Positions 12,526 to 26,083 of a stretch of DNA of 64,000 nt are shown here, one piece after another. Source of the stretch: Oculina patagonica (Eukaryota); the NCBI RefSeq assembly GCF_052425735.1, contig NC_135763.1, positions 15,128,001 to 15,192,000 on the forward strand, given 5' to 3'. Within the stretch, counting starts at the first letter, position 1, and every line of letters begins with the position of its first letter. Below the pieces are notes generated by a model. The model worked only from the letters and a program-made list of their open reading frames with translations. It was not told the DNA's origin and made no database searches. A program made the position numbers and the translations under genes.

Positions 12526-13117
12526 AGGTATAAGAATGTGTACATTATTAGTTCGCCAAACAACAACACTTGATGATGGAGTCGCCATCTCGAATGACGA
12601 GTTCTTCCCCACTCAATCCCTCTGTCCTTGCGATACAAGATGGCGGCCATACGACCAAACTTGAGTGTGTCAACATAACTGGAAAGCATACAGGGAAATT
12701 ATAGGACGTCAGGGAAAAGAATAAAGTCTTAAGAATAAAGAAACTGGCGAGTTGAGGGGAAAGTGAGATGATGTGATCCAATTTTCTCTCTAAAAAAACT
12801 CCTCGTACTATACTGAACGGGCCGGTAAAAGCAGCCAGAGGATGTGGGCGGCTACCGATCTCATCGGCGATACGTTTCTTGGTATAGGGCTTAACGAGCT
12901 AGATGGCTGAACAAGAAGTGTTTTGGGTTACAGTATTGGTGCAGTACTGGATCATTTTACATCATATGGACCACTTGCTTAAAACAGTTCTGATGATGGG
13001 AGTAGGGGCGTGTGAGAAGATGGGAGAAAAAAGGAAGCGCTTGTGTGCATACTCCGTTTTCTGCCACACCCAGCAGGATGGTGAGCGTGATTCAAGGCTA
13101 GTGCTACAAATGATACT

Positions 13118-13803
13118 ACTAATTACCGTACCTAAATTTGCAAGTAGCCAATCAGAAGCGCGATCTACTGTCCTGATATCCTACGATATCAAGTCACTGA
13201 CCTGATATGCCACCGTATCACGGTCACTTTGATGTAAAGTAGTTTTTTCTGTTCGATGAATTGAAAAGACGTTTTACCAATAAAACAGAACTTCGTAATT
13301 TAAGTTTAGCGGTGTTAAGCGGTCGTAAAAAGAGAAAAACTTTCCTGCCAAAACTAAAATTGAGCGCGCTCGCCAATTGCGCGATGTTTGCCGACAAGTA
13401 AAGAGACCTTCAGACTGAAAAAATGGAGTCGACTCGGAATTTCCAAATTTTTCGCTTAAGTTGGATTTTGAAAATCAAGAGAATGAAACTCTAAACAAAC
13501 GAGCAGAAAAAAAAGGCAGAAAAGGAACTTGGCAAAAGTGTTGAAGATCAATTCAACACAATTTGCAGTGCGTACCTTGCAAGCATGGCTTCAACAGAGC
13601 GATAAATATAACCGAATTTTTGGCTGAATTTGGGTACGGTAAATGCCTAATCGTACCTTTTTGGTACGCTTCGGCTGCATATCAGGCTCGTTCGGTCTCG
13701 CCATGGGTATTTTGGCTCGACTGCGTCTCGCCAAAATACGAACCATGGCTTGACCAAACTCGTCTGATATGCCGCCGAAGCGTACCAAAAAGGTACGATT
13801 AGG
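13118..13803. repeat. Composite inverted-repeat element
   Basis: TTACCGTACCTAAATT (13121) inverted to AATTTGGGTACGGTAA (~13627), followed by a 158-bp hairpin CCTAATCGTACC...GGTACGATTAGG (13646-13803). Absent from the paralogous segment near 25085. Confidence 0.7.
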
Positions 13804-15191
13804 TATAATAATGATGATGATGATGATGTTGATGTTGACGACGACAACAACAACAGGGCAGGCGCTGCATATAGCCTATCTGCAGTTCAATGCGGGCAAA
13901 AAGGAGAATTAATCGCTGCTACTAGTTTATCTGCTGCGACTGACTATCGAGGCAAAACAAGCGCAAGGAACGCGGTCGGCGAACCAAACGCGAGCCGATA
14001 GAAAAATGGGCTCCGTTCTGCTCGTTCATATCCTAGCTTTCCTGTTAACACAATTTCTGATTTTAAAAAGGAAGATTTTAATACTGATTTTCATGTTTGC
14101 AATGTGATGCTGTATATTGATATCAATACCATAGCTGGTGGATTGCAGGTGGGAAGCAATTCAATGAATCATAACATTACTTATAATTTCCTTCGTCCTT
14201 TCTAAACGTTTCCTTCTAATAATAAATAATAATCCGGATTTAACACTGAATACGAGTAAGCGACTGTTGCTTGTTTTATTTTCCATACCAGTCGAGCCTG
14301 CATCTGTTGTCAGCTCTTTCAAATATTCATTAGCACTTGACGCTGTTTATAGTTGTAAATATAAATTTCTCTCTTGACAGAATTATTACCTGTTCAAGCG
14401 GACAGGGATGTTTCTCTTCGTGTCCCGCATGAACTGTTTTCAGGAATAAAACAACTGATATTATCATAACAATTGCAAGGCAGAGAGACCCTGGGAGTGA
14501 GTTGTGGCTGGCAGCTGGACAGTAAACAGGGCGTAGTCTGAGCTTTGGGGGGGGGGGGGGGGGGGGTAAAGCGTTACTTAAAAAACATCGCACATTGCCA
14601 AACGTCGAAATACAATACTTGAAATACAATGTTGGTTTAATCCGAATAAATTTATATTTAGGTTGAGAGTGTTTACATTACACAGACATTGACCTGCATG
14701 TGGAATATAAAACGTTCTTAAACTTTAGATTTATCTAGTTTAGTTTAAAGGATAGCCATTAAAAATTAAAAAGAAAGCCTGATTGTTTAATTTCAAGGTG
14801 TGAAATGGCGCTAATTTTGTTTTCTCGAATTCTTACGTACGGAAATACATAAATATGAACGGAGACTTCAACAGCGCATAAATAGAGAGAAGTTAAGAGC
14901 ATTGAGAAGAGAGCCGGCGGATAACACTTAACAGGTATACTTGAGTGAAGCGTGTTTGTATTTTTTAAGACTTCATCGAACAAAACATAGCTTACAACTG
15001 CGGCTTTCTGGCACGTTATACTAACCTTTAGTCATATATTGGGATTTAACTCTTAACCTTATTAAAAAGGATCGGTACTAAGCTCCTTGTAAGTACTGTA
15101 CTTGTAATTGTAGATAAAACTGCTGGAGCGATCTGTGGTCATAGCTTAAAATATAAAAATGGTTTAAACAGATCTAAAAATATAAAAAGGA

Positions 15192-15235
15192 TACTCTAAA
15201 TTTTCGATCGCCTTCTGCGGTCTTCTTCAGAGAAT
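15192..15235 (-). ncRNA. Minimal type I hammerhead ribozyme motif
   Basis: Minus strand attct-CTGAAGA-a-GACCGC agaag GCGATC-GAAAATTT-agagt: core boxes, stem II with one mismatch, palindromic mini stem III, stem I closure. Confidence 0.7.
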
Positions 15236-15247
15236 GATGGATTTTGC

Positions 15248-15402
15248 CAGCCTCGTCCCCAGGCCATACCGCGCTATGCGAGTGAGCGGAGGAGGACTGG
15301 TACCGAGCACGATAGCGCGAGGCGTCCTAGGCGAACTTCCCCGACAAGCTTGGCGGGTGACGTCACATCCAAATTCGCCGGGGACGACTGGGGACGAGGC
15401 TG
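15248..15402. mobile_element. Short hairpin MITE with 9-bp TSD, inserted in the Penelope 3' region
   Basis: CAGCCTCGTCCCCAG...CTGGGGACGAGGCTG flanked by perfect GGATTTTGC direct repeats. Confidence 0.85.
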
Positions 15403-16435
15403 GGATTTTGCAAGGTTCGCAGAATTCTAATAAGTTGCATTGACGTTATTGTTCGTTGCCCCCCTGGGGAGCAACTAGCGATGCGTAAACCCTGGGGAAG
15501 GGCGCTCTTTCGTTTATAGTGTTTTTGTCAAGGAAAGAATGTAAAGACTCCAGAAACAGTCTTTTGTTCTTGCTGCTTACACCTGTTTCAAGAATTTCGG
15601 CGTAACTTGGATGTATGTCATGGCCGATTTCTGCATGATGTTTAATCGCGGAGTTGATATTTCCGTTTGTTCCGGGCTTGTGTTCGGCTCCTCGCGATTT
15701 CCAGCTTCTTTTGCTTTCCCCAACGTATGCAAATGAGCATGTCCTGCAAGTCACTTTGTATACAATTCCTTTTGAACAACCGCTCTTTATTCGGTCGGTC
15801 CTTGGGATTTTTGAAGATGTTTCCTGTTTCCTTTCCGTCGCTTTCTCGACGGCTGGTATTCGAGCCCATGTGCCTCTATGTTCTAAGATAAATTTCAATT
15901 CAAGGCAACAACACAACATTGCCCGTTATCCGGTCAATAAATTTATTATACCAAAGCGTTTTGTTCTAGCATGGAAACAGGCTCCCTGCTGGGGTATAGG
16001 CTAAAAAAACTCGGCGATGGAAGCAAGTCGAAAACTGTTGTTATTGCAAACATAGCATAGCCTTTTGAAAGTCCGTTGTTCTTTGGCTAAAATCCATAGA
16101 CATAAATATTGATTTTTATATGATTACGATATCATTTTCGGCCTCGCTCAAAAGAATCTCAAATGGACCTTTCTAAATCATATTAATATTATTGGTAAAC
16201 AGGTCATTTACTCTAACCGGCTCAAGAACATTCTACCCCTTTTGCCTCATGTTATCATAAAAATTAAATAAATTGAATCAATTGAGCGATCCATTGCTCT
16301 AAAAAATAACAAACTGAAAACTCAGGTTGAAAAGTGGAAGCCAATTATCAACTCTCTGTAATATAACATATAAGATTATTAAGTTTTTTAAGATTAGGTT
16401 TTTAACATATACCGTAATTAGTTTTGTAACGTATA

Positions 16436-16716
16436 GAGCGGTTTTCACTTGAGTGTCCAAAGTTAATTGTGTTTGCTTTGGTTTTGCATTGCTTCGCTTA
16501 GTGATTGGTTTAAAAGTTTCGCGCCACTTTCTCGGCCAATCAGGAGTAAAACCAAAACCAATCGTGACTTTCTCGCGCACGTTTTCCCGCGCTTCGTGCC
16601 AGCTACATGTATTTGCTTTGAGTTTTGATTGGTTCACTGGATTATCTGTGTCTTTTGTGATTGGCCAGAGTAATAACTTTGGTTTTGGTTTTACAACACT
16701 CAATTGAAAACTGCTT
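16436..16716 (+). mobile_element. TA-targeting MITE family, copy 1 (CCAAT-rich)
   Basis: TIR GAGCGGTTTTCA; near-identical to 38118-38397 (inverted) and 43837-44118. Confidence 0.85.
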
Positions 16717-16769
16717 TAACGTTAGTAATGTAGTATGTTGATAATAAGCACAAAAGTTCCAAAGTTACT

Positions 16770-18265
16770 GCGTGGCACTTAAACATACAGGTGTAATAAA
16801 ATGGGTAATAAAGTGCCAAAAAAGATTTTTTTGAAAAACCAGACGTTTCGGGCAACAGCCCTTCTTTGGTGGTAAACGAAATAGAACTGAACACAATTTC
16901 TTAACCAAACTTCGCCTACTGGTTTATTACTTTGAGGGAACTTAAATTTTGAAATAAAAAAGGGGGGTCACCAGATTCGTTTAGGAGCAGGAAGACCATG
17001 TATATTCCATACAATTCCTTAATAATTCCTCTGCGAGTACTGGCAAAGTACACTTTTTTTGCGATAATTTATTTTTTAAACACATGAATTGATCTGTTTT
17101 CATTTTACAGAAAGAATTTGATCGCTACACCAAAAATATGAGAAAAAATTGATAGGTCACCACACTCGTTTAGGAGAAAGTGACAATTTACTTCTCTCGC
17201 GGACCAAGCCACATACAAAAAAGCCGCCATTTTGTTGATGTTCGCGCGCGCGCGCGCACTAAATACGCGTAAAATTCTGCGCAGTAAGGATGCGCAATGC
17301 AATACAGGGCAATGACCTTGAAAATAACGTTCAAAGCCCAGCGCGCGCAAAGGGGCGCGCGTGCAGTTTAAATGAATGTGAAGTTAATGTTCATCCCGCG
17401 TGGTCGCAGGTGCCCAATCTGAAGATCATTCTCATCTCCTGTCGCTTCCGGTTCATGTTGTTTCCGGTGCAAAGTCTGATTCCGCGTATTTGGATGTCGG
17501 AGATAGAATGACGGTCTTTGATGAAGTGCTCCGCCACGGGAAAACCGGGTACCCTCTTTTCTATACTTCTAAGGTGTTTGCCGAAGCGTTCTCGAAGGGT
17601 ACGTCCGGTTTCACCGATGTAAAGGGCGGAGCATCGAAGACAGGAGATGCAATAGACCTGGTTACTGGACTGGCAGTTGAAATATTCCTTGATGGTAAAG
17701 GAGCCACTGGGGCCGTCAACAGTAACAGAGGGGATGACATGTTCACAGGTGCGGCAACGGGGATGATTGCAGGGTGTAGTACCGGTTGGAACTTCAGTAT
17801 TACACTTCATGGTAGTGTGTACCAAGGAGCTTCGAAGGTTGCGATCGTGTCGGTAGGCCACGAGGGGGGCAGATGGAAAAATCTGCGCAGTCTCGGGGTC
17901 ATCTCTTAAGATGTTTAAGTTGCGGAGAAGAATTTTCTTTGTGCGCTCGTTGAGAGGGTGGTACGTTAATACCAAAGGAATTCTCTCAGTTGGGCCATTG
18001 TCAACTCTTGGGCCGTAGATGGTGTCCAGTCTGTTCGTGCTTTGGACCTTGCGAAGTTGCCTTTGGAGGTTCGTCGAGGGGTAGCCACTTTGTTCGAAAA
18101 AACCGAACATTTCACGTGCCCTCGAATTGAAATTGTCGTCATCAGAGCAGAGACGACGGAGGCGCAGTAGCTGACTGTATGGAATGCTGTTCTTCGAATG
18201 TCGAGGGTGTGAGAACTCGAAGGGAAGATAGCCGTGTGTGTCAGTGTCTTTATAGTATAAAGAAA
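16770..18265 (-). mobile_element. 5'-truncated Penelope-like retroelement (RT C-terminus + GIY-YIG), with another repeat inserted at ~16930-17320
   Basis: ORF 17391-18284: YYKDTDTHGYL..SHP..KNSIPYSQLLRLRRLCS, CNHPRCRTC, VYCISCLRCSALYIGETGR. Confidence 0.9.
16838..16873 (-). ncRNA. Degenerate hammerhead ribozyme motif of the second Penelope copy
   Basis: acca-CCAAAGA-a-GGGC tgtt GCCC-GAAACGTC-tggt; stems intact but the CUGA core reads CCAA. Confidence 0.6.
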
Positions 18266-18937
18266 GGCCAAATATAAACACCAAAGAAAAGTGTAAAGAA
18301 TAACCTTTCTACGATTAACTAACTAGTCAGGAGCGGGTACAGGGATATTCAGAAACAGTGGCCTTGGCAGTTAGTGCGACATCTAAGGAGGAAGTGGAGG
18401 GAGGGGGGTATACCCCCGGGAAAATTAAAAAAAAAATCTTGTAGATTCTCTGGGATGAGATATTATTTCAATTCATTATAAAAGCATTTGTGACGAAAGT
18501 GTTTCATATTTCGCCGCCCTCGGGGTCGTTTTCGCAATCGAGGCTGTGTTTTGTTATGCAAATATGACAAGTTTTATTTGATATAAACCTATTGTGGTGA
18601 TCACGAATTGTCCGAATTTTCTCGATAGCTCATTCGGCGCAGGCTGCACAGGGATAGGTAAGTCGTTTTCGTCACCGTTTTTCCACTGCCTTTAATTAGT
18701 ATAAATTATTTTAGGGGAAATTTTTGCTGTTTTATTTTAACTCCTCCGAAATTAGAAACCTCGAAATCCTGAACGCATATATTTTTATATTTTGGAACGG
18801 TCGAATCGGACATGTCGCATGTCTATGTCGCTACTTTAAAGGTTTTTCCCCCTTAAATACTTGGCTCCAGTACTGCGTCCTAAAAGGGTTTGCGAGACTC
18901 ACGATTTTTCAATGCATCATAATAATGCATCACCAAC

Positions 18938-19143
18938 TAGGGGTGGTAATGATCCTTCAAAAAATGCGTGTCTTGCAAAATTTTAGCCAAATTTCAGGGG
19001 TCTCGTCGTCCCGAATTTTTCTTTAATTTGACGCCTTCTCGGAGTCTCGATTTCTTTTGCAAAAAGGTCTCGGCTCGGGCTCGCAGAAAAGTTATCAGTC
19101 TCGCCGTCTCACAAAGTCTCGCATTTACAATTCGACACCCCTC
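18938..19143. mobile_element. Short TIR element with 4-bp TSD (Sola-like, tentative)
   Basis: TAGGGGTG...CACCCCTC with CAAC duplicated; empty site CACCAACTGAAATG present in the paralogous region at ~30141. Confidence 0.75.
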
Positions 19144-20520
19144 CAACTGAAATGTGGCAAGGTGATACATGCTCCCTGTACGTCCAGGGTCAGGCGGCTA
19201 TGTCTGAAAAAAAAAAATAGCACTTTGTCATAACGGGCAGCACGATATACATTAAGTAGCTTATAAGTTATACAAAGGTCACTGACTCTCACAGATCCTC
19301 GGACTAAATTATTTATTTTTGGACGGACTGTTTACATTTAGGGTCTTGACAAAGTGCGAGCCAGCGAGTCATGCAAGCCATTCCGGTTAGCCTAAAAAGC
19401 ACTGCGGTTAGACTACAAGGGATTTCTGTCTAGTTATTGGGATTTGGGATTTCTAGTTTGCATCGCATTATATCTAGTTGTAACCAATGCAGCGCAATGC
19501 AGTCAGCTCAGCATGAAGCTGCATGAACATTCGTCAGCCCGATAACCTTTTCCGCGCCGACAGATCAGAACAAACAGAAAAAAATATGGATCGAAATAGA
19601 CACCGGTCCTCTTTTACGGCAAATAAAAGTGGTTTGTATAAATCGTGTTAATTTTAGACTCTTGTATAAACACGTAGTAAAACGCCAATTAATTGCTTAT
19701 TTTTCGTGCCCGGTCTGTAAAATGTTTGCTTGCAATTGCACAAACGCCCCCTGTCGTTTGCCGCGTTCTGAAATGAGTAGGTTTCCGTTTGCAACGCAGG
19801 CTAATTTCCGGTAAAAAGCCTAAAAAGAGTCTGACCTGGCCATTGTCACGCCCATTTGTTGGTCAACGATGAAAGAAGAAATTTATGTATACAGTATGAA
19901 GTAGCCTTCCACGCAGTCGTTTTTTAAAGGGTGATCGTGTTTCAGTCCTCACGATCGCCCCTAAAAACGACTGCGTGGGAGGCTTATATATGAAGGTACT
20001 ACCTTACACAAACAAAAATAGAAATGCTGATCACATACTAAGGTGATCATGATATGACAAACAAAAGATATGCTAAATCCCTACAAAGTGTCAGGTACTG
20101 TCTGATACAAATTGTAGGTATTGTCTAGAAAAAAAAACCCTAACTAAGACAAGTAGGTGTTTTAACAAATACTGAATTTGGGTGTCCAATTCAGGTTTTA
20201 AAAGCTGTTAATGTAAAAAGCTTTTTTAATTTAAGACTGAGCAGAATCTAAGATTTTGACACAATCAGAGTTGTACTGGTTTCTACAATAAGAAGAGCAA
20301 TCGAGGTGTTTAAAAAACATGAAAAGTTTTAGCAGTAGTGTGCTCTTTGACCCTTGTTGAAAGATGGGGAAAAGTCTCACCAACATCCGACACAAGTAAA
20401 TTAATTATCGTGTTCTTTTTTTAAAAATTTGCTATTATCTTATCAAAATTTGCTTTTATCTTATGGCTAAGAAGGAGTTATGGAACGATGAAAAGTGTAA
20501 AAAGCTGGCTAACATTCTGA

Positions 20521-20722
20521 GGCATGATGTTTACACTGGACCGGTTCCAAACGGATCCGGTCTGACCGGATAGGCCTTCTGTTTTCACGGGACCGTTCTG
20601 GAACAGGTCCGGAACTGATCCATACGGTCCAAAATTGTAGACCTGCTGTTTTGCAGATCCAGCTTTGGATCCGTGCTGGACCGGTTCCAGAACGGTCCCG
20701 TGTAAACAGAAGCCGATCCGAT
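20521..20722. repeat. Foldback/MITE fragment just upstream of the SLC16 start codon
   Basis: GGCCTTCTGTTTTCACGGGACCGTTCTGGAAC (~20573) inverted to GTTCCAGAACGGTCCCGTGTAAACAGAAGCC (~20684). Confidence 0.65.
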
Positions 20723-20738
20723 CCTCTATGTTGCAGCA

Positions 20739-23703
20739 ATGGGTTGTGATCTGGAGAAGAATCTTCCACTGGAAAAAATCACTACAGAAAGTAATAAACA
20801 AGCACAGAAAAAATGCTGTCGGATGTTGACTTCACCAACCAAGAGTGCACGACAGCCTGACAGCCCGTACGCGTACTTGGTGTGTTTCTGTGGGGTTCTC
20901 TGCAATTTAATCATGTTTGGCTGTTCCTATTCTTACGGCCTTATATTTCCGTCACTTCTGGATGAGTTTAAAGAAGGAAAAGCAAAAACAGGTAATTCAG
21001 ATACCTTAATTAAATGCAGTTCACAAATCTTGCTTCCTTAATTCCCGTGCGGGAAAAAAAAGGAAAAAACACGACCAGCTCCAGCAAATGTGCTTTACCT
21101 GCCCCGTGTATGTACCTGTGCTTGTTACATTGCCATTTTATCATATTGTAACAAAAAGGATACTGTAAATTGCACAGTTTCTTTCGTTATCCAAGATTTC
21201 AGTGGAGACTTAGGTTTTTCTGTTACACTGTACCGCACACACCCAGTATCCCCCTCCATAATGTTTGTTACGTTAGTTCCCGAATCAAGGTCCTGCTCTT
21301 GGGCAGGCCACTAAACTCTCACAGCGACTCTCTCCAACCATGAAGTAGAAATTAGTGCCAGCGAACTGTTAGAACAACTTGGCAGAATGCTGGAGCAACC
21401 TGCGATGGACTATAGCATCGCATTTAAATTTGAAGTCGCATGCCACGGAAATTGAAGGAAGCGCCTGCACCGATAAGAAATATGGCGCGTCCAACCCAAG
21501 GATTTAAACAAGCTTTGACCTTACCTTACCTAACCTTACCCCTTACTAAATGTAAACTGAAATTCATTTTTGTTTCCTCCCCTAACAGCCTGGGTAGGTT
21601 CTCTGGCATATGGATCTTCTGGCATCTTTGGGCCTGTCGTTGGAGTTCTCTCTGATCGATTTGACCCTCGTATCATTGCGATCATTGGTGGTTTTATTTC
21701 TACCATTGGTCTTATAGTGACGTCACAAGCACCGAACCTAACGTTAATGTACTTCTCGTACGGGATCCTTTATGGGTTTGGATCGTCCTGTGTATTTTTT
21801 GTTGTTTTGATTATTCTGCAAAGGTACTTCATCAAGAGCCGCTCTTTGGTGACGGGACTTGCTGTGACGGGGCCCGGAGCGGGACTGTTTGTTATGGGCC
21901 CCATCATACAGGCCCTGTTAAATAACACCTCGTGGAGAATGACCTTCATGTCCATGGCAGGGATCGTGTTTTTGACTTGCATCATGTCGTGTTCATTTGA
22001 CCCGAACGTTGATATAGACAACGAGTCAAGTGACCATCAAAAGACGCAAGCAAGAAAGATGCATCGGTTAAACAGATGTGCAAGTTTGGATTTTTCATAT
22101 TTGAGAAACAAGGAATATGTTGTGTACTTGGTGGCATGTAGCGTAGCGTTTAGTGGCAACGCCATTCCAATTGTACATCTGGTAAGTAATGAATCCTACA
22201 GATTTTCTTTTTTACAGATTTTTCATACCTTTCAGTGTAGCTCTGAGCGCTTGTTTCATCTCCGTTCGACTAGGTCTTTAAGGGTGGTAAAGAGGGATTC
22301 ATATCACGTTTCACGTAACGTAAGCTACAATTCACGGCCACCTAAAAACTTTATCCTCTTTTCAAGAACAATTGTCAGGTCACGGCTCATAGCCACCATC
22401 ACATTTCACGAGAAAAAAAAAACGTAATTTCACGTTTCAGCTCTTCTTTTTTTTTGGGGGGGGGGGGGAAGGAAACGTGGGTGAAGGGGGCGTGAAACGT
22501 GATTTAAAAATCACGCCTAACGAAAATGCCCTTTACCACCGAACTCTCCATTAGACTCGATTATTCTGGCTCCAGATCTAACTTGTCTTTAGGAGTATTA
22601 CCGAACAAGAAACTATGTCGACATTCTTCTTCAAAACAGGGTCGTTATTGCCAAGAGATTGGAATTGATGCTAACCATGTAGCACAGATGTTTTTCTTCA
22701 ATGGACTCGCATCGGCCATTTTCAGGGCCGTCACGGGCCGACTTTGCGATATCAGGAAAGATTGCCCCGTGTGGATCATGAGGCTTACACTGTTTGTGTC
22801 TGGGACCATGGTGATTTTAATGACGTTATGGTCGTCATTTAAGCAGCTGTTGGCGTGGTTTGTCGTTTATGGAATGACGGATGGCGCGTTTGCTTCTTCG
22901 ATGAATGTTTTAGTTCTATCCACGTTATCTCCTCAACAGAAATCCCAAGGAATTGGCTTTTTTCATTTGTGCCTATCATGTATGGTGGTAGCTGGTCCCC
23001 CATTTGGAGGTAGGTTATTTAACAATTACAAAGCCAACCAACCACACCACCCACCCAACTCACCAACCAATCACCTAAACCACCCACAAATCAACCCAAC
23101 AACCAACCAGCCCACCAGCCAACCCACCCTTTAACCCACCAAGCAAGCAAGAAAGCAAGAAAGCAAGCAAGCAGGCAAGTAACCGACCAACTCACACATT
23201 AACCCACCAAGCAACCAAGCAACCAACCAACCCACTCACCCACCCATTAGACCCACCAAGTAACAAAGCAAGCAACCAACCCCTCCCCACCCATTCCTAC
23301 CAACCAACCAACCCACTTACCCACCCACCCAATCAAACAATCGACTAGCAAACGAACCAACCAACCAACAAACCAAACAATCCATCCATCTATCCGTCCG
23401 TCCGTCCGTTTGTCTGTCCAGTCAATCAATCAAAATCGGTTAAATAAAACCAATAAATTTAATTAATTAGTTAATTAATTAATTAATTCAGTGATAACTT
23501 TTCCTACATTTTTCCACTTCACAGGATTAATCGCTGATTTATTTGGATCGTACAACCCTGCTTTTTACTTAGCAGCATCGGCGCAGATTTTAGCTGTTGT
23601 AATTCTTTTCTTAACAAACTGTGACAAGCATGGTGACACCATTGTTGTGAAGGACTTTCATGTAGAAAAGCTGCTAATTGTCGATAAAATCACGGTGTTG
23701 TGA
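20739..23703 (+). CDS. Monocarboxylate/aromatic amino acid transporter (SLC16 family, MFS), paralog A, 464 aa; exons 20739-20991, 21589-22181, 22640-23009, 23525-23703
   Basis: PDSPYAYLVCF (PDGG-like motif), TAWVGSL, YFIKSRSLVTG, GPPFGGLIADLFGSYNPAF. All introns GT-AG; total CDS 1395 nt. Confidence 0.92.
23030..23440. repeat. Degenerate (ACCA/AAGC)n microsatellite in intron 3
   Basis: Visible tetranucleotide repeats. Confidence 0.9.
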
Positions 23704-24414
23704 CAATGGGTTCTTGTACAGCATCTAATGAATTGATTGTGAAATAAGCGCTGAGTGACTATTAAAATACGAAGTGAAGATCGTCTACTACCAGCGAACA
23801 CATGGTCGGTATTAGAAGGTGACCGTGTACAGTTATTTTTTGTTAGTTTGTCAAACAACCACACGGATAGGCTAGGCCTGGGGTCTAGGGTTAAGGTTAG
23901 GGTGCCGTCTTGAATAACGGATTTCTCCCCCACCCGATCCCCCTTTCTTTGCGATTCAGTTGTAAGATGGCGGACGTACGACCAAGCGAACCGCTTGTTT
24001 GACAAAATAATAGAAATGCAAACGCACAAAGCACAAAGTAATGACGTTACGTCGTAGGAATAAAGATGAGAAAGTGTGTTTGATCTGATCCCATATTCTC
24101 TCAACAAAAATTATAAAAAATGTGTTGGAAAATTCAGTGATAGCCCCCTTCTTCACCATATGCCTACTGAATGGGTCGGCAAAACCAGGAAGAGGATTTG
24201 GGCGGCTCCCGATCTCATCGGCGATACGTTTCTTGGTGGGGGGTTTAACTAGATGGCTTAAGATGAATTACAGTCCGTACTGGTTCGGCTGTTTTTTGTA
24301 AAAATTAATATTTTTTTTTTTTTTTTTGAAAAATAGGGAAAATTTAAAAAAAAAAAAAAAAACTAGAAGCGATTTTGGCTATGGAACGGGATAATGTCAC
24401 TTTATATGGAACTT

Positions 24415-24952
24415 GCGTCTGAATGGGGTTTAGTGTTAAGTGTTATTTGCCCATAATTTTTAGTGTTTGCTGTTACATTGGCTAATTTTTTAACGTTTAC
24501 TGTTTTCGGCAAAAATACTGTAATTAAGTGTTTGGAGATTTTTTTATAAAAAAATTTAGCATTATAAATCCTTATCTGCTCTTCAAAAATCGGATATAAT
24601 CACTCATGAACTTAAAGAGAACTTTCGGATTTCTGATCAGAAATCTTTGGTAGTCTTCGGACATCTTCGATAGTCTTTGGAAATCTTCGGCCGTCTTCGG
24701 GAATAGTCGGTAGTCTTCGGAAATCTTCCATACTGATCGGAAATTGTCGGAAAATTGCTCAAAACTTCTTCAAATACTAAACAAATTAATATTGGCCTTT
24801 TGGAGCCGTTTATGTTTCTTTTTGGAGAAAATTCACTGTTACAGTCAATTTTTTACTGTTAGTGTTAAAATGCCTAAAATTTTACTGTTTCATGTTACAG
24901 AGCCACAAAATTAAGTGTTTAGTGTTATCGAGGTACCCCCATTCAGACCCTC
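24415..24952. mobile_element. TIR element with internal TCTTCGG repeats
   Basis: GTCTGAATGGGG ... CCCCATTCAGACCCTC; absent from the paralogous segment at ~12950. Confidence 0.6.
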
Positions 24953-25776
24953 ACTTGCTGGCAACACAGTTTTGACGATCAGAGTAGGAGCGTGCAAGAA
25001 GATGGGAGAAAAATACGAACCGCGTGTGCGCATACTCCGTCCTCTGCCACATCCAGCAGGCGACTCAAGATCTAGTGCTACACACAGAAAACAACAGGCG
25101 TTGCATATAGTTTATCAACAGTTTAGAGCGAACAGAGAGGAGAATTAGTTGCGTTTTTAAAGTTTACCACTTTACACTGCGACGGAACATCGAGGCAAAA
25201 CTAGCTGTAATGCGGTCACAGGCAAGCTAAACGAGCCGAGAGAAACATATGCTCCTTTCTTTTCGTTTTATTCCTCAGTTACAAGAGGGCCTGTTCATAG
25301 CCTAGCTTTCCTGTCAACACAATCTCTGACTTGAAAAAGGAAGATTTTAATACTGATTGTCACATTTACATTGTGATATTGCATTTAATATTGAGTCGGA
25401 ATAATAATGACCTTGGTATAGCTGGTGGATTGCAGGTGCGAAGCATCTCCAATGAACAATATCATCTAATCATAATTGTCTTCGTCCTTTCTAAACGTTT
25501 CCTTGTAATAATACACAATAACCCTGATTTAACGAGAATACGAGTAAGGGATCGTTGCTTGTTTTATTTCTCGTGCTGAGGCTGGCAGCCGGACAGTTAA
25601 CGGGGCGTACTCTGAGATTTGGGCGTAAAGCGTTGCTTTAAAAACATTCGCACATTGCTCAAGGTTGCGTTGCAAACAAATTTAGATTTAAAAAGACTAA
25701 ATATATATTTGGTTTAAAAATATCTGGTTTGAAGCCGGGCATGGTTAAAACTGAGTTAAAAAAATTCTTTAAAAAG

Positions 25777-26083
25777 TTGACAGAGGTTAAAAAATTATTT
25801 CGGACGGCTACTATATTTCAGCAAAAATGTAAATTTTAAAACGGCGCCCCTGGTGTTATGAGAGTAAAGAATTAAAACAAAAAACAGAAAAGGTGATAAT
25901 GAATGCGCCAAGCAAAAAAACCAACCCCACTTTTTTGCTAAGAGCATTCATTATCACCTTTTATGTATTTTTTTATTCTTTATTCTTATAACACCAGCGA
26001 CGCCATTTTTAAATTTACATATTTGCTGAAGAAAGCTACAGTAGCAGTCGAAACATCCGAAATAATTTTTTAGCCAGTGTCAA
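25777..26083. repeat. Foldback element with ~145-bp arms
   Basis: GTTGACAGAGGTTAAAAAATTATTT...AAATAATTTTTTAGCCAGTGTCAAC; arms complementary almost to the centre. Confidence 0.8.

Larger units (their letters stand above)
15130..15790 (-). mobile_element. 5'-truncated Penelope-like retroelement (GIY-YIG endonuclease end plus 3' region)
   Basis: GIVYKVTCRTCSFAYVGESKR...LFLESLHS; hammerhead motif downstream. Confidence 0.85.

Noticed and set aside
13640-13810. CRISPR-like or tandem array (also 4223-4644, 24650-24740)
   Set aside because: Inverted or internal repeats of MITEs; no repeat-spacer periodicity, no cas genes, eukaryotic context.
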